Assembly: GCA_965222375.1 (NCBI GenBank)
Contig: CBDCTZ010000016.1
Coordinates: 800,001-864,000, forward strand
Length of the DNA: 64,000 nucleotides
Direction of reading: 5' to 3'
DNA from: Polyangiaceae bacterium
Lineage (GTDB): Bacteria > Myxococcota_A > Polyangia > Polyangiales > Polyangiaceae
The notes below the pieces were generated by a model. That model searched no databases. It was not told the DNA's origin and worked only from the letters and a program-made list of their open reading frames with translations. The position numbers and the translations under genes are program-made. Shown in pieces: positions 19,748 to 29,346 of the stretch; the first letter of the stretch is position 1; every line of letters starts with the position of its first letter.

Positions 19748-20614
19748 TCAGGGCGCTGGACAACCGCCGACGGGTGGGATCTCGGCCGGGCTGGCCCCGT
19801 CTGAGATCAGCTTTGCCGTCGCGAAAACGGGGCGCCAGCGGTCGAGGCGGGTGAACTCTGCTCGACCCAACGTGTGCTCGCTTCCGTCCATCGCAGCTCG
19901 GGAAATGACGCCGACGACTTCCGTCCCCTCGGCGTTCATCGCTGGGCCACCCGAGTCTCCGGGGCAAATCGAGGCGGTCAGCCGGAACCGACTGTCCAGG
20001 ATGTCCTTTACCCGCCCACCAACTCTCTGTTTGCGGCGTATGGCGTCCGCGTTCATGGCGCAGCGCCCGAAGCCAACCGGCTCGATGGCCTCGCCGCTGC
20101 GGGGCTCGTTGTCCAGGCGCGGCGTGACGGTGGCGACTCCAATCAGCCTCCGCTCGAGCACCAAGACGGCAATGTCACCGACGCCTGCGGCGTGGCCACA
20201 AGGAGGGGCTACGATGGCTTTGACCCCGACTTCGCCCCAGGCCAGGTCGTCGCCGCCCAGCTCGACCCGGACTGTCTTGGCCTCCACGTCGCGGTTGACG
20301 AACTCCCCGTAGCTGTTGCGCTCACTCACGCAGTGGTGTGCGGTCAGAACTTGATCCTCGCTGATCAGGGTTCCGGAACAGGTGACCTTCCCGGCAACGA
20401 TGCGCACGACGTAGTCGTCGTCTCGGGCCAGCGCGAACGGGATCACGGGTGTCGTTCGGCCACCGTTTTGAGCCAACGACGCCGGTGAGGTCGGGGGGTC
20501 GTTTTTGGCGTTCACGCGAAACGGCTTCAGGCCCGCACAAGCCGTGGACAGACCTGCAGCTACAGCAATCGCCGCAGGGATCAGCCGCGCTCGCGTCCCC
20601 AACGCTCTTCTCAT
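19748..20614 (-). CDS. trypsin-like serine protease (S1), lipoprotein
   Basis: CSGTLI, LTAHHC, DIAVL, GDSGGP catalytic triad motifs. Confidence 0.92.
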   Translation of the reverse strand: MRRALGTRARLIPAAIAVAAGLSTACAGLKPFRVNAKNDPPTSPASLAQNGGRTTPVIPFALARDDDYVVRIVAGKVTCSGTLISEDQVLTAHHCVSERNSYGEFVNRDVEAKTVRVELGGDDLAWGEVGVKAIVAPPCGHAAGVGDIAVLVLERRLIGVATVTPRLDNEPRSGEAIEPVGFGRCAMNADAIRRKQRVGGRVKDILDSRFRLTASICPGDSGGPAMNAEGTEVVGVISRAAMDGSEHTLGRAEFTRLDRWRPVFATAKLISDGASPAEIPPVGGCPAP

Positions 20615-21135
20615 CGATCCGATTGCTCCAACGCGACTTCTCGAACTGCAAGGCGGTAGGCCACGAGCGCGCGATTGGGCTCGGTGAGATGATCTTCCAC
20701 TCCAAGTCGGACCATTTGCGACAGCACGTGCATGCGACGCTGGCCCTTCGCCACGAGGACACGCGGGCAGCCTTGCTCCGCGCAGGCTTGAAGCGCTTTG
20801 CGCTGTGCTCCCAAAGCGACGCTGGCATTTCCCAATTCGGTCAGCGCTCGAGCCCGAGCGTCGGCTACGGCCCCCCGCTCCTTGAGCTGACTCGGCGCAC
20901 GCTCGAGGGTGGCAGCTGCCAACCCCGGAGCACCCCGGCTGAGGTATTCATCGGTCAGCTGCACCAGGGCTTCTTGGTCGCCCGGAGCGTGGCTGACGCG
21001 AGCCTCCAGGGCATCGAGGTCTGGACCCAGCCCGGCGCCGGCCAAGGCGGGGGCCGGAGGCGTCGTACCCGTGGCTGACAGCCACGTCGCCCCCGCTGTC
21101 AGCAGGGCCGCCGCCATCCAAGTCAGATCTCGCAT
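20611..21135 (-). CDS. secreted hypothetical protein (TPR-like helices)
   Basis: Signal peptide; ATGA overlap with the protease gene. Confidence 0.65.
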   Translation of the reverse strand: MRDLTWMAAALLTAGATWLSATGTTPPAPALAGAGLGPDLDALEARVSHAPGDQEALVQLTDEYLSRGAPGLAAATLERAPSQLKERGAVADARARALTELGNASVALGAQRKALQACAEQGCPRVLVAKGQRRMHVLSQMVRLGVEDHLTEPNRALVAYRLAVREVALEQSDR

Positions 21136-21223
21136 CCCGAACAATCCAGTACTGACACCCGTGGTTGGGGAAAGTTCCCGCTTCCTGGCTTCGACCCGAG
21201 AAAACTCATCAGATTGGGTGATC

Positions 21224-22357
21224 TTACGCTTTTTTTGCGGGGACGCTCCCCCGGGCCGCCCCGGAAAGGGTGGCTAGGTCGTCCTTGTGGACCACAACGA
21301 GGTCCTTGGAGGTCGGACCGAAGCGTAGTTCTAGCTCCGGCCCTCGCTTTCCGGCGGCATGGGCCACGTCCAGGGAGCCAAGGCGCGTCAGGCCTCGGCC
21401 GACCTCCGCACCGTCAGGGCCGACCATGCGCACCGAGTCACCCGGGTTGAATTGACCCCGCAACCCCAAAACGCCTACGGGCAGCAAGCTGCTCTTGCCT
21501 GAACGGATGGCCGCTGCGGCGCCAGCATCTAGCAGTAACGTCCCCTTGGGACGCAGCGTGTGCAAAATCCAGTGCTTACGGGCTCGCATCACCTCGCCGA
21601 TGCGTGGGAATACCGTGCCGATATCCTGCCCCTCGACGATATCGATCAGCACGTTGGGGCGGAGTCCGTTGGCCACGACCACAGTCGCGCCAGCGAGGCA
21701 TGCCTTTTCTGCGGCGCTCAGCTTGCTGCTGATGCCTCCGCTGCCCACGCGCTGCCCGCTTCGCGGGGGGGGGCCGCCCACGGTCTGCTCTTCGCTCATC
21801 TCGCTGATCCGATCGCCCGCGCTATCGAGGACTCCGTCCACGTCCGTGAGCAACACCAGCAAGTCCGCCCCGACGAGAGGTGCGACCATCGCGGCCAGCT
21901 GGTCGTTGTCGCCAAACCGGATCTCGTCGGTGGCCACCGTGTCATTCTCGTTGACGATGGGGATCGCACCCGCGTCGAGAAGCGACGCGATGGCCCCCCG
22001 CGCGTTGTTCAGCCGCTCGCGATCAGCCAAGTCTGCATGTGTCAGTAGGATTTGGGCGGCGGTCAAGCCGTGACGGCGGAAGGCCTCGTCCCAGCGCCGC
22101 ATCAATTCGACCTGCCCGGCGCTTGCCGCAGCCTGGAGTCTGGTCATCTCCTGCGGGCGGCTCCGATAGTCGAGCCGTTGCAGGCCCAACGCGATTGCGC
22201 CGGAGCTCACGATCACCACGCGACGCTTGTCGTCTTCGATACTGGCGACCTGGTCGGCGATGCTCTGGGTCAGCGTTTCATCTTGGGCAAGTGCGCGTGA
22301 TCCGATCTTCACAATCAGCCGACGAGCCTGGGGCAGCGCAGCGCGGGTGTCGGCCAT
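21224..22357 (-). CDS. proB: glutamate 5-kinase
   Basis: IVKIGS, VSSGAIA, PIVNENDTV, FGDNDQLAA, LTDVDG; C-terminal PUA domain. Confidence 0.95.
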   Translation of the reverse strand: MADTRAALPQARRLIVKIGSRALAQDETLTQSIADQVASIEDDKRRVVIVSSGAIALGLQRLDYRSRPQEMTRLQAAASAGQVELMRRWDEAFRRHGLTAAQILLTHADLADRERLNNARGAIASLLDAGAIPIVNENDTVATDEIRFGDNDQLAAMVAPLVGADLLVLLTDVDGVLDSAGDRISEMSEEQTVGGPPPRSGQRVGSGGISSKLSAAEKACLAGATVVVANGLRPNVLIDIVEGQDIGTVFPRIGEVMRARKHWILHTLRPKGTLLLDAGAAAAIRSGKSSLLPVGVLGLRGQFNPGDSVRMVGPDGAEVGRGLTRLGSLDVAHAAGKRGPELELRFGPTSKDLVVVHKDDLATLSGAARGSVPAKKA

Positions 22358-22416
22358 GTCAGCTCGAAGAATCCGCCGGCCTTGGAACGCGTGTCAAGGA
22401 CGCACCACGCGGGGCA

Positions 22417-23319
22417 TCAGGACTCGGCGCCGCCGCGTCCCGATGGCAGGAGTTCGAGTACGGGAGCGTCCGCACTCAGGGCCGCGCGCACCAAACGCTC
22501 CGCGAGATCCGCCTCGCCGCCTTCGGCGAACAGCATGCTCGTGCCCGTATCGCTCAACTGCGGGCTGTCCGGTCGGACGACGATGCCCGCTTCGCCGAGC
22601 CTGGCAGCGAAGGCGGCACCGTTGCGGGCTACGGTAACGGCGATGCCCGAGGCGCGATTCAGCAGTTTCGACGGTGGCCCCGAATGCAGAGCTCCGCCCT
22701 GCAGCAGTACTGCACTGTCGGCGCGCTGCAGCGCGGCACGCTCGCCCCCGGTTTGGGGAACACCGGCGGCTGTGAGGATCAAGTGCTTGCCCTGGACGGC
22801 ATGACGCAGCCGTGCGTCGAAGTCGTTCTGGCTAGCGGCATCTAGTCCGGCAAAGGGCTCCTGCAATAGCAGCGTTGCGGGGTCCGAGAGCAGCGCTTGC
22901 GCCAGCAGTGCAAGGCGAGTCTCGACCAACGTCAATGTCTCGAAGCGCCGGCTCCCGAGGTGGGGCAGTGAAAGTCGCTGCAGCGTCGCCACAGCCAGCT
23001 CCTTCGCCGAACGGGACGACAGCCCAAGAAGGTGACCACCTTCTTGTAGATACACGCTCACTGTCCAACCCCGTGGCAGCACGACGTCGGAGGTGAGCAA
23101 GCCGACGCTGCCTGCCTGCACGGCTGTGCGCGCAGGCTGCCCCAAGATGAGCGCAGCGCCCGACGCAAGCTGCGCCCTACCGGACAGCATCCTGCACAGC
23201 GGAGCAAAGTCACCGATCAGCGCGAGGGAGGTGTCGCCGGCGGCCACGGTCCAGCCGGCGCAGAGCACCTGTCCGCTCGGGTCGTCGACGCGCAGCTTGT
23301 CGAGGCTGAGCAGCGTCAC
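22417..23319 (-). CDS. degenerate ABC ATPase-like protein
   Basis: ABC fold remnants ALLSDPATLLLQEPFAGLD and ADSAVLLQGG; no Walker A or LSGGQ. Confidence 0.7.
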   Translation of the reverse strand: MTLLSLDKLRVDDPSGQVLCAGWTVAAGDTSLALIGDFAPLCRMLSGRAQLASGAALILGQPARTAVQAGSVGLLTSDVVLPRGWTVSVYLQEGGHLLGLSSRSAKELAVATLQRLSLPHLGSRRFETLTLVETRLALLAQALLSDPATLLLQEPFAGLDAASQNDFDARLRHAVQGKHLILTAAGVPQTGGERAALQRADSAVLLQGGALHSGPPSKLLNRASGIAVTVARNGAAFAARLGEAGIVVRPDSPQLSDTGTSMLFAEGGEADLAERLVRAALSADAPVLELLPSGRGGAES

Positions 23320-25826
23320 GGCGTTACGGTCACCAGTTCCATGCGCGCTAGCGCCTTGTCGGGCGCGTAGATCATGAAGGGCGCTACCGCACGTGCGGTT
23401 TCGAGGAGCGCTCTTGGGAGCGTGGCCTTGGCGATCACCGAATTGTTCACACCTTCGATGCCCAACAGCCTACCGATGAGAGACGTGTCGGGGGGCGGTA
23501 GCTCGATGATCGGTGCGTAGTCCGGCATGCCCGCAGACTTGCGCGCGTAAGCCAAAGCTTGCCGGAGCCCACCCAGCTCGTCCACCAAGCCTTTGTCCTT
23601 GGCCTGCTCACCGGTCCAGACGCGGCCCTGGCCGACGGCGTCCACTTTGGATTTGGGCATCTTGCGCCCCTGAGCGACTCGGGACAGGAACACGTCGTAG
23701 AACTGCCCGACCTTGCGTTTGAGTTCCTTCCTCTCCTCGTCGGAAAAAGGTCGGTACAAGGACTCGGCGTCTGCCCGGGGCGCGGTCTTGTAGGTCTCCA
23801 CGCTCACGCCGATCTTCTTGAGCAGACCTGCAACGTCCGCCTTGCCGTAGAAGATCCCGATGCTGCCGGTGATGCTCAAGCCGTTCGCGAAGATCCGAGT
23901 TGCGGGCGACGCAATGTAGTAGCCACCGCTGGCGGCAGAAGCGCCCATGCTCACCACCACGGGCTTCACTTTGGTCGTCAGCTGCACTTGCCGCCAGATG
24001 ACGTCCGAGGCCATGGCCGAGCCACCGCCGGTTTCCACCCGCAGCACCACGGCACCGACCCGCGGGTCCTCGCGCACCTGCTTCAAAGTGTCCGCGATGG
24101 TGTAGGAGCCCACCAGTTTCATTCCCAACAGCGGAATGGTCTGGCTTCGGCCATCCACCATGTCCCCGTCGACGTAGACCAGCGCCACGCGCTTGCCCTG
24201 GGTGAACCGCTCAGGTGCTCGGTTGGCGCGTTTGTCTTCGATCAGGATCGTGTCGCGACCGGTGAGCTTGTTGACGGCTTCCTCCAGCTCGTCGTCGAAG
24301 GCGTAACCGTCGACCAAGCCCGCGGTCTTGGCTTCGCTTGCAATGAATGGCCCCTTGGCGATTCGCTTGCGCAGTTCCGCGTATCCGATCTTCCTGCCGG
24401 TGCCGACGCCTTCCACGAACTGACGCTCGTGTTGCTGCAAGAGGTCGATGGAGTCGGCGCGCGCTGTCTCCGACGCGCCGTCACGGGTGAGGCGCTCTGG
24501 CGCGCTCTTGTGGGCTCCGATTCGAACGAAGTCGGCCTTTACTCCGACTTTGTCGAGCAGCGACTTGAAGTACATGCGCTGCGTTTTCAGTCCGGCGAAG
24601 CGCAGCCCGCCGGCTGGGTTGATCAAGATCTTGTTGGCGGCAGCGCACAGATACAGCTCAGCACCTCCAGCGTCCTCCAGGTGGCACAGCACGCGCTTGC
24701 CGTTCTTGCGCAGGTGATGGACCGCGTCACGAAGTTCTTGGATGTGCGCCAGGGACCGCGCCGGCGAGGTGCGCAGCTCGAGCACCACCGCGTCGATGGA
24801 GGGTTCCTCGGCGATGTCCCAGAGCCTGAGCAACTGGGCGACCTGGCCGCGCGCGCCGGACGTGTCTTCCACGCGGAGCCTAAGCGCGTAGCGAGGCACC
24901 TCGGGCCCCGTCGGCTCTCGGAAGCTCCTAGCGGGCGCGATGTCCAGATGCACGCCGAAAGAATCATCTCGTCCCAAGCCATTGCCCGTGACTGCACCGC
25001 CGCCGAGGGACGCGGAGCCAGCGGCGCCATTGAAATGCAGATCCAAACCCGCGCTCGCTATCCAGGCTCGCTTTTCGTCGTCCTCGAAGCGACTGACGCT
25101 GAAATCGCCCCGTAATCTTCCGATTGGGCCGATGTCGATACCAAGAGTCGCTCGGGGCACCCAGAAGCCGTCCCGCGGGCGATCCACGTACTTGCCCTCG
25201 AGCCCGATCTCCAAAGCGCGCGTGCCCAGGGGGCGCACCGCCATCGCCAGATCGTAGCTTCGCTCCAGAGCGAAGAGGCCATTGGTGGGACCATTGACGT
25301 CGTGGGCGACGAGGGAGATCCCCAGCACGTCCAGGGGACGCGACGAGTAGCCCACGGAGAAGGATGAGAGTTGATCGACAAAGGGCGCGTCCGAATAGGA
25401 ACGTTGGACCGACACTCCGATCGCCGTTGTTTCCGAGCCCGCCGCCAGGCCCCAGGTCAGCCACTGATAGTTGAACGGGCCGAAGCCGTTGACCACGGAT
25501 GCCGCGGGCGGATCCACCAGATCCAGTCGGATACCGGTTGCAAGCGGCAGAATGGGAATAGGGAAAGCAAGACCCACAGCGTGCCCCTGCCACGGTACGG
25601 TATTGGTCTCGTCCAAGTAGATGCTGCTCCAGCGAAACTCCGCGCCGGGCATGAACACGAGGTTCGCTGGGTTCTGGACCAAGGCGGTGCTGTCATCGGT
25701 GCCAGCGATGCTTCTGCCCAGAGTTGGCAATCGTGTGGGTCGCGCTTCAATTTGTTGCGCGGTTGCGCCTTGCGCCGAGCACAGAGCGACCAGAGCGGCC
25801 AACGCGGCGTCGAGCCTGCGCTTCAT
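23316..25826 (-). CDS. sppA: signal peptide peptidase SppA (tandem S49 domains) with N-terminal beta-rich extension
   Basis: GAHKSAPE, RVETGGGS, SMGASAASGGYYIA, ITGSIGI, GQGRVWTG, GLVDELGG. Confidence 0.92.
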   Translation of the reverse strand: MKRRLDAALAALVALCSAQGATAQQIEARPTRLPTLGRSIAGTDDSTALVQNPANLVFMPGAEFRWSSIYLDETNTVPWQGHAVGLAFPIPILPLATGIRLDLVDPPAASVVNGFGPFNYQWLTWGLAAGSETTAIGVSVQRSYSDAPFVDQLSSFSVGYSSRPLDVLGISLVAHDVNGPTNGLFALERSYDLAMAVRPLGTRALEIGLEGKYVDRPRDGFWVPRATLGIDIGPIGRLRGDFSVSRFEDDEKRAWIASAGLDLHFNGAAGSASLGGGAVTGNGLGRDDSFGVHLDIAPARSFREPTGPEVPRYALRLRVEDTSGARGQVAQLLRLWDIAEEPSIDAVVLELRTSPARSLAHIQELRDAVHHLRKNGKRVLCHLEDAGGAELYLCAAANKILINPAGGLRFAGLKTQRMYFKSLLDKVGVKADFVRIGAHKSAPERLTRDGASETARADSIDLLQQHERQFVEGVGTGRKIGYAELRKRIAKGPFIASEAKTAGLVDGYAFDDELEEAVNKLTGRDTILIEDKRANRAPERFTQGKRVALVYVDGDMVDGRSQTIPLLGMKLVGSYTIADTLKQVREDPRVGAVVLRVETGGGSAMASDVIWRQVQLTTKVKPVVVSMGASAASGGYYIASPATRIFANGLSITGSIGIFYGKADVAGLLKKIGVSVETYKTAPRADAESLYRPFSDEERKELKRKVGQFYDVFLSRVAQGRKMPKSKVDAVGQGRVWTGEQAKDKGLVDELGGLRQALAYARKSAGMPDYAPIIELPPPDTSLIGRLLGIEGVNNSVIAKATLPRALLETARAVAPFMIYAPDKALARMELVTVTP

Positions 25827-26950
25827 CAAAGCACCCCTCGCGTTCGCGCGATGGTCTCGATTTCGCCCTGCCGGGCTTTCAGTTCGTCGTAGTCCTTGAC
25901 CGGCAAGAATCGAGATTCGGCGCCGTTGCGGGGCACGTGAATGAAGCGCGTGTCCAGGAAGCTCGTGATCTCGCCCAGCAGCCGTTCGAATTGGATGACT
26001 TTAGCTTCTCCCACTTTCTTTTCGACGACGAAGTAGGTCCAATCAGCATCGAGTTCCAGTACCGCTCGGGCGTCCAGAACGAAGGTGTTGGTGTTGAATA
26101 CGCGCACGGTCTGAGGGTCAAAGCTCTCAGGCAGGCGGAACTCCTCAAGGACCACCCGGCGTCCGTCCAGGCGCACGGGAATGCCACCGCGATCGCTGCC
26201 CACCTTGTCCACGACCTCGCAGCTCACCGGAGCGCCGTGCTCCAGATGCAAACCGATCAATGCGGGGTCGACACTTGCGCCGAGGTTGTCCAAGTTTGCG
26301 ACCACGAGGTAGCGGCCGCCGGAGTCCACGAAGCGCGACAACAAGCCGCTCGCGCGCAGGGCGTCTGGCAAGTCGCCATGGCCGAAAGCCTGCACGCTGG
26401 GCGCGCCCGCGTCGTCGACGAACAAGTCTCCGTCGGGGCGCAGGCGCAACGAAACGAATTGAGGGAACGTCGCGACTGCATCCCCGCCCAGGCGATCGCC
26501 CAGGGCAGCGCGAGTCTTGTCTTCGGTGGCTGCGCTCGTCATCAGCCAAAAGGGCAGCCGATCGCCGCCCTGTTTCGACATCGTTTCGACTTCGGCCAAA
26601 CGCAGGTCCAAGAACGTTCTATCACCGAGTGCCGGCACCAGCGCTTTGACCACACCGCCCATGCGCGTCGCCATTCCACCCGCGAGGACGACCAGAGCGA
26701 CCTCCCCCCGTTTCAAGGCCTCCATGCCAGCGGCATGCAGCTTGTTCCAACGAGGAGAGCCCTTTTCCGGGCACTGCAGCACATCGCTGTCCTGGGGCGG
26801 CTCGACCTTGCCGCGAACACGGTTGTCGATAGGGGTGCTCGTCAGGCGGGCCGCGAGTTCTTCGAAGCGTTTCCGGTCGAATCGAAATCGATCCAGAAGG
26901 CTCCGAGTTTCTGTCGGCAAGTTGTCTAGCTTTGCGCTGAGGGCGCTCAT
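25826..26950 (-). CDS. UDPGP-family (eukaryote-type) sugar-1-phosphate uridylyltransferase
   Basis: LAGGMATRMG..VK, MTS, FPQ, GHGD, NLDNLG, FNTNT, RFLPVK. Confidence 0.88.
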   Translation of the reverse strand: MSALSAKLDNLPTETRSLLDRFRFDRKRFEELAARLTSTPIDNRVRGKVEPPQDSDVLQCPEKGSPRWNKLHAAGMEALKRGEVALVVLAGGMATRMGGVVKALVPALGDRTFLDLRLAEVETMSKQGGDRLPFWLMTSAATEDKTRAALGDRLGGDAVATFPQFVSLRLRPDGDLFVDDAGAPSVQAFGHGDLPDALRASGLLSRFVDSGGRYLVVANLDNLGASVDPALIGLHLEHGAPVSCEVVDKVGSDRGGIPVRLDGRRVVLEEFRLPESFDPQTVRVFNTNTFVLDARAVLELDADWTYFVVEKKVGEAKVIQFERLLGEITSFLDTRFIHVPRNGAESRFLPVKDYDELKARQGEIETIARTRGVL

Positions 26951-27108
26951 GGCCGCTACCGTAGCAAAGTCCACGCAGGTTTCGCCGAACCAGGATCCCG
27001 CTGCCGCGTATCTGGCATGGCTGGCACAGTTCGATCTCTCCCCACCCCCGGGATTTCCCGTGTTTGCGAGGTTGTAGCTGCGGCATCGGCTTTGCTTTAC
27101 GACGAGCC

Positions 27109-27816
27109 ATGTTCAGGCACGTGGTGCGAGGGGCGTGTTTGGCAGGGCTGGCACTGGGCGTCGCTGTGGCCTGTGGGGGCTCGACATCCGGCTCGAATCC
27201 TGACGGCGGCGCAGGCAGCGGCGCCGCTGGCGGTGGAGGCACGGCCGCCGGGGGCGGTTTCTCGGGCAGCGGGGGTGCTCTCACCGGGGGCACCACCGGA
27301 ACGGGAGGCACCGCGGGTACCGGCGGAGGCGCGGGCAACACCTTCTCCAGTTGCAACGGTCCGGGTCAATGCAGGCTGTTCCCGACGAACTGTTGCGGCT
27401 ACTGCAGCGAGCCGAAGCTCAATGGCTTCGTTGGCGTCAACATCGCCGAAACAAAGGCTGCGAACGCTTTCTACTGCTCGGATCCGGTCGCCTGCCCTGA
27501 CTGCATCGAGTTCCCCCAACCCAACTTCGTCGCACTATGCGAGGCCGGTCAATGTACCCCGCGGGATCTGCGCGACACGGAGCTCAGCGCGTGCAACACC
27601 AAGGACGACTGCCGCCTGCGCTGGGGCTCGGGTTGTTGCGAGACGTGCAGCGGAACGGCCTTGGACCTCGTTGCCCTGAACAAGAACACCAACCTCGAGC
27701 AGCTGATGTGCGGCCCCGCCGGCGATTGTCCGCCCTGCCTGCCGCAACCTTTCCCCGCCGGTACCTCAGCGGAGTGCGTCGGGGGCCATTGTCAGGTCCT
27801 CATCCAGCAGGACTGA
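27109..27816 (+). CDS. Gly-linker Cys-rich lipoprotein
   Basis: Lipobox AVAC, Gly/Thr-rich linker, two CC-containing Cys-rich repeats. Confidence 0.8.
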   Translation: MFRHVVRGACLAGLALGVAVACGGSTSGSNPDGGAGSGAAGGGGTAAGGGFSGSGGALTGGTTGTGGTAGTGGGAGNTFSSCNGPGQCRLFPTNCCGYCSEPKLNGFVGVNIAETKAANAFYCSDPVACPDCIEFPQPNFVALCEAGQCTPRDLRDTELSACNTKDDCRLRWGSGCCETCSGTALDLVALNKNTNLEQLMCGPAGDCPPCLPQPFPAGTSAECVGGHCQVLIQQD

Positions 27817-27860
27817 CAATAGGCGACACACCGGCGCTCGGTTGCACTAGCGTTGGGGGC

Positions 27861-28328
27861 GTGCCGCGCTTGCTGATCGTGTTGCTTGCCGTCGCCAGTG
27901 TCGTTTCCACTTCGGCTCCGGCGAACGCCGAAGATGACCCATGGTGGGGCGAGGACAAGGCGCTGCATTTCTCGTTTTCCGCCGTCATTGCCGCGGGCGG
28001 ATACGGCGTTGCTGTGCCTTTCAGCGAAGAGCGTTGGCACCGAGCCCTGTTTGGCGGCGGACTAGCGGTCACTGCGGGCGCCGCCAAGGAAGGCTACGAC
28101 GCCACCGGCGCGGGCAGCCCGAGCTATCGCGACTTCACCTGGGACGTCGTGGGCGCCGCCACCGGAGTGGGCTTGGCTCTGCTGCTCGATTGGGCGCTGT
28201 CTTCGAAGGGCGATGAACCCTCCCAGCGATCACCCATGCGCTCGTCACGAGCGCACCCGTTACCAGCGGCCGACAGCGCGAGCGACGCGACTCAGTATGC
28301 CGCCCGGCGCTGGCTGAGCGCGAAATGA
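27861..28328 (+). CDS. YfiM/DUF2279-like protein
   Basis: WWGEDKALHF...GAAKEGYD...SYRDFTWDVVGA. Confidence 0.8.
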   Translation: MPRLLIVLLAVASVVSTSAPANAEDDPWWGEDKALHFSFSAVIAAGGYGVAVPFSEERWHRALFGGGLAVTAGAAKEGYDATGAGSPSYRDFTWDVVGAATGVGLALLLDWALSSKGDEPSQRSPMRSSRAHPLPAADSASDATQYAARRWLSAK

Positions 28329-28680
28329 ACGCGCGTCCTTCAGCAGGTCGCGACCTGCAATGGGCCTACCGTGGCCGGGCAAGAGGTGGCGAACGTCCAA
28401 TTCGCGGAGCCGCTCTTCCGTATCCCGCGACAGCGTCCGATCCGTGACCTCCGGATTGAACCAGGCGCGGCCAGCGTGGGTGAGCACGGCGTCCCCGGAG
28501 ATCAGCGTTGCGGAATCCCGGTGGTACAGGCATGTGGAGTCGTCGGTGTGGCCCGGGACAAGGACCACCTCCCAGCTATCTGTGGTCGCTAGCGTTTCGC
28601 CGTCGACCACTAGATGCTCGGTCGGATGCCGTGCAGTCGGCTTCGCAGCTTTCCTTTGAATGCCTTGACTCTCCCGAGGC
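28260..28680 (-). pseudogene. C-terminal fragment of an MBL-fold metallo-hydrolase
   Basis: PGHT, SGDA and PGHG present; the HxHxDH half is absent; 5' boundary approximate. Confidence 0.7.
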
Positions 28681-28690
28681 AGGCGCGTAG

Positions 28691-29182
28691 TTGCAGCCCA
28701 CCGTCTTGACCACGCAATCAACGCATTTCTCCAAGAAAGCGATCGCCGAGGCCGGCCGCCCATTGATCAGCCAGCAGCGCCCGGTCCGGTTTCAGGACGT
28801 GGATGCTGCGGGCACGATCTACTTCCCGCGGATCTTCGAGTACTTCAGTGACACGTATCTCGCGCTTCTGATCGAAGCTGGCCTCGACGTGCCCACGATG
28901 CTCGCGCGGCGAGAGCGAGCCGCGCCTCTGGTTCACGCTGAGGCCGACTACGAGGCCCCGTTGCACTTTGGTGACTCGGTCGACGTGCATGTGGTGCTGG
29001 CGCATCTGGGGACATCGAGCACCCGTTACGGCTATCGCGTGAACAAGACTGACGGAACCCTCGCGGCCGTCGGACAAACCCACCACGTTTGGATCGACAG
29101 CCACACCTTCAAGCCTTGCCCCATGCCCGCCGCCCTGCGCAGCCACCTCCTCGGGCGTCCGGGCGTCACGACCGAGACCTGA
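28691..29182 (+). CDS. hotdog-fold acyl-CoA thioesterase (4HBT family), candidate DHNA-CoA hydrolase
   Basis: VRFQDVDAAGTIYF, PLVHAEADYEAPLHFGD, HVWID. Confidence 0.85.
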   Translation: MQPTVLTTQSTHFSKKAIAEAGRPLISQQRPVRFQDVDAAGTIYFPRIFEYFSDTYLALLIEAGLDVPTMLARRERAAPLVHAEADYEAPLHFGDSVDVHVVLAHLGTSSTRYGYRVNKTDGTLAAVGQTHHVWIDSHTFKPCPMPAALRSHLLGRPGVTTET

Positions 29183-29346
29183 GCGAGCCGCCTTGCGCGC
29201 TTCTTTTCGCGCGCAGAGGACTACCAGCCTCGTTCTTTGCTTGGGTTTTGGGGGTCGGTTCGCGGGTGCGCCCCGGGCCACTACTCCCAACGTGGGCCAC
29301 ATAGCGCTGCTGAACCCGTGGCGAAGGTTGCACCTCCGACGTTCGC

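Noticed and set aside
21765..21773. G9 homopolymer in proB as a phase-variation site
   Set aside because: Reading frame is intact (Gly-Pro-Pro-Pro) in a variable loop; no evidence of switching
23559..25115. Long antisense ORFs (e.g. 23559-25115, 36051-36908, 57917-59647)
   Set aside because: Shadow frames of well-supported genes; expected from high GC3 codon bias
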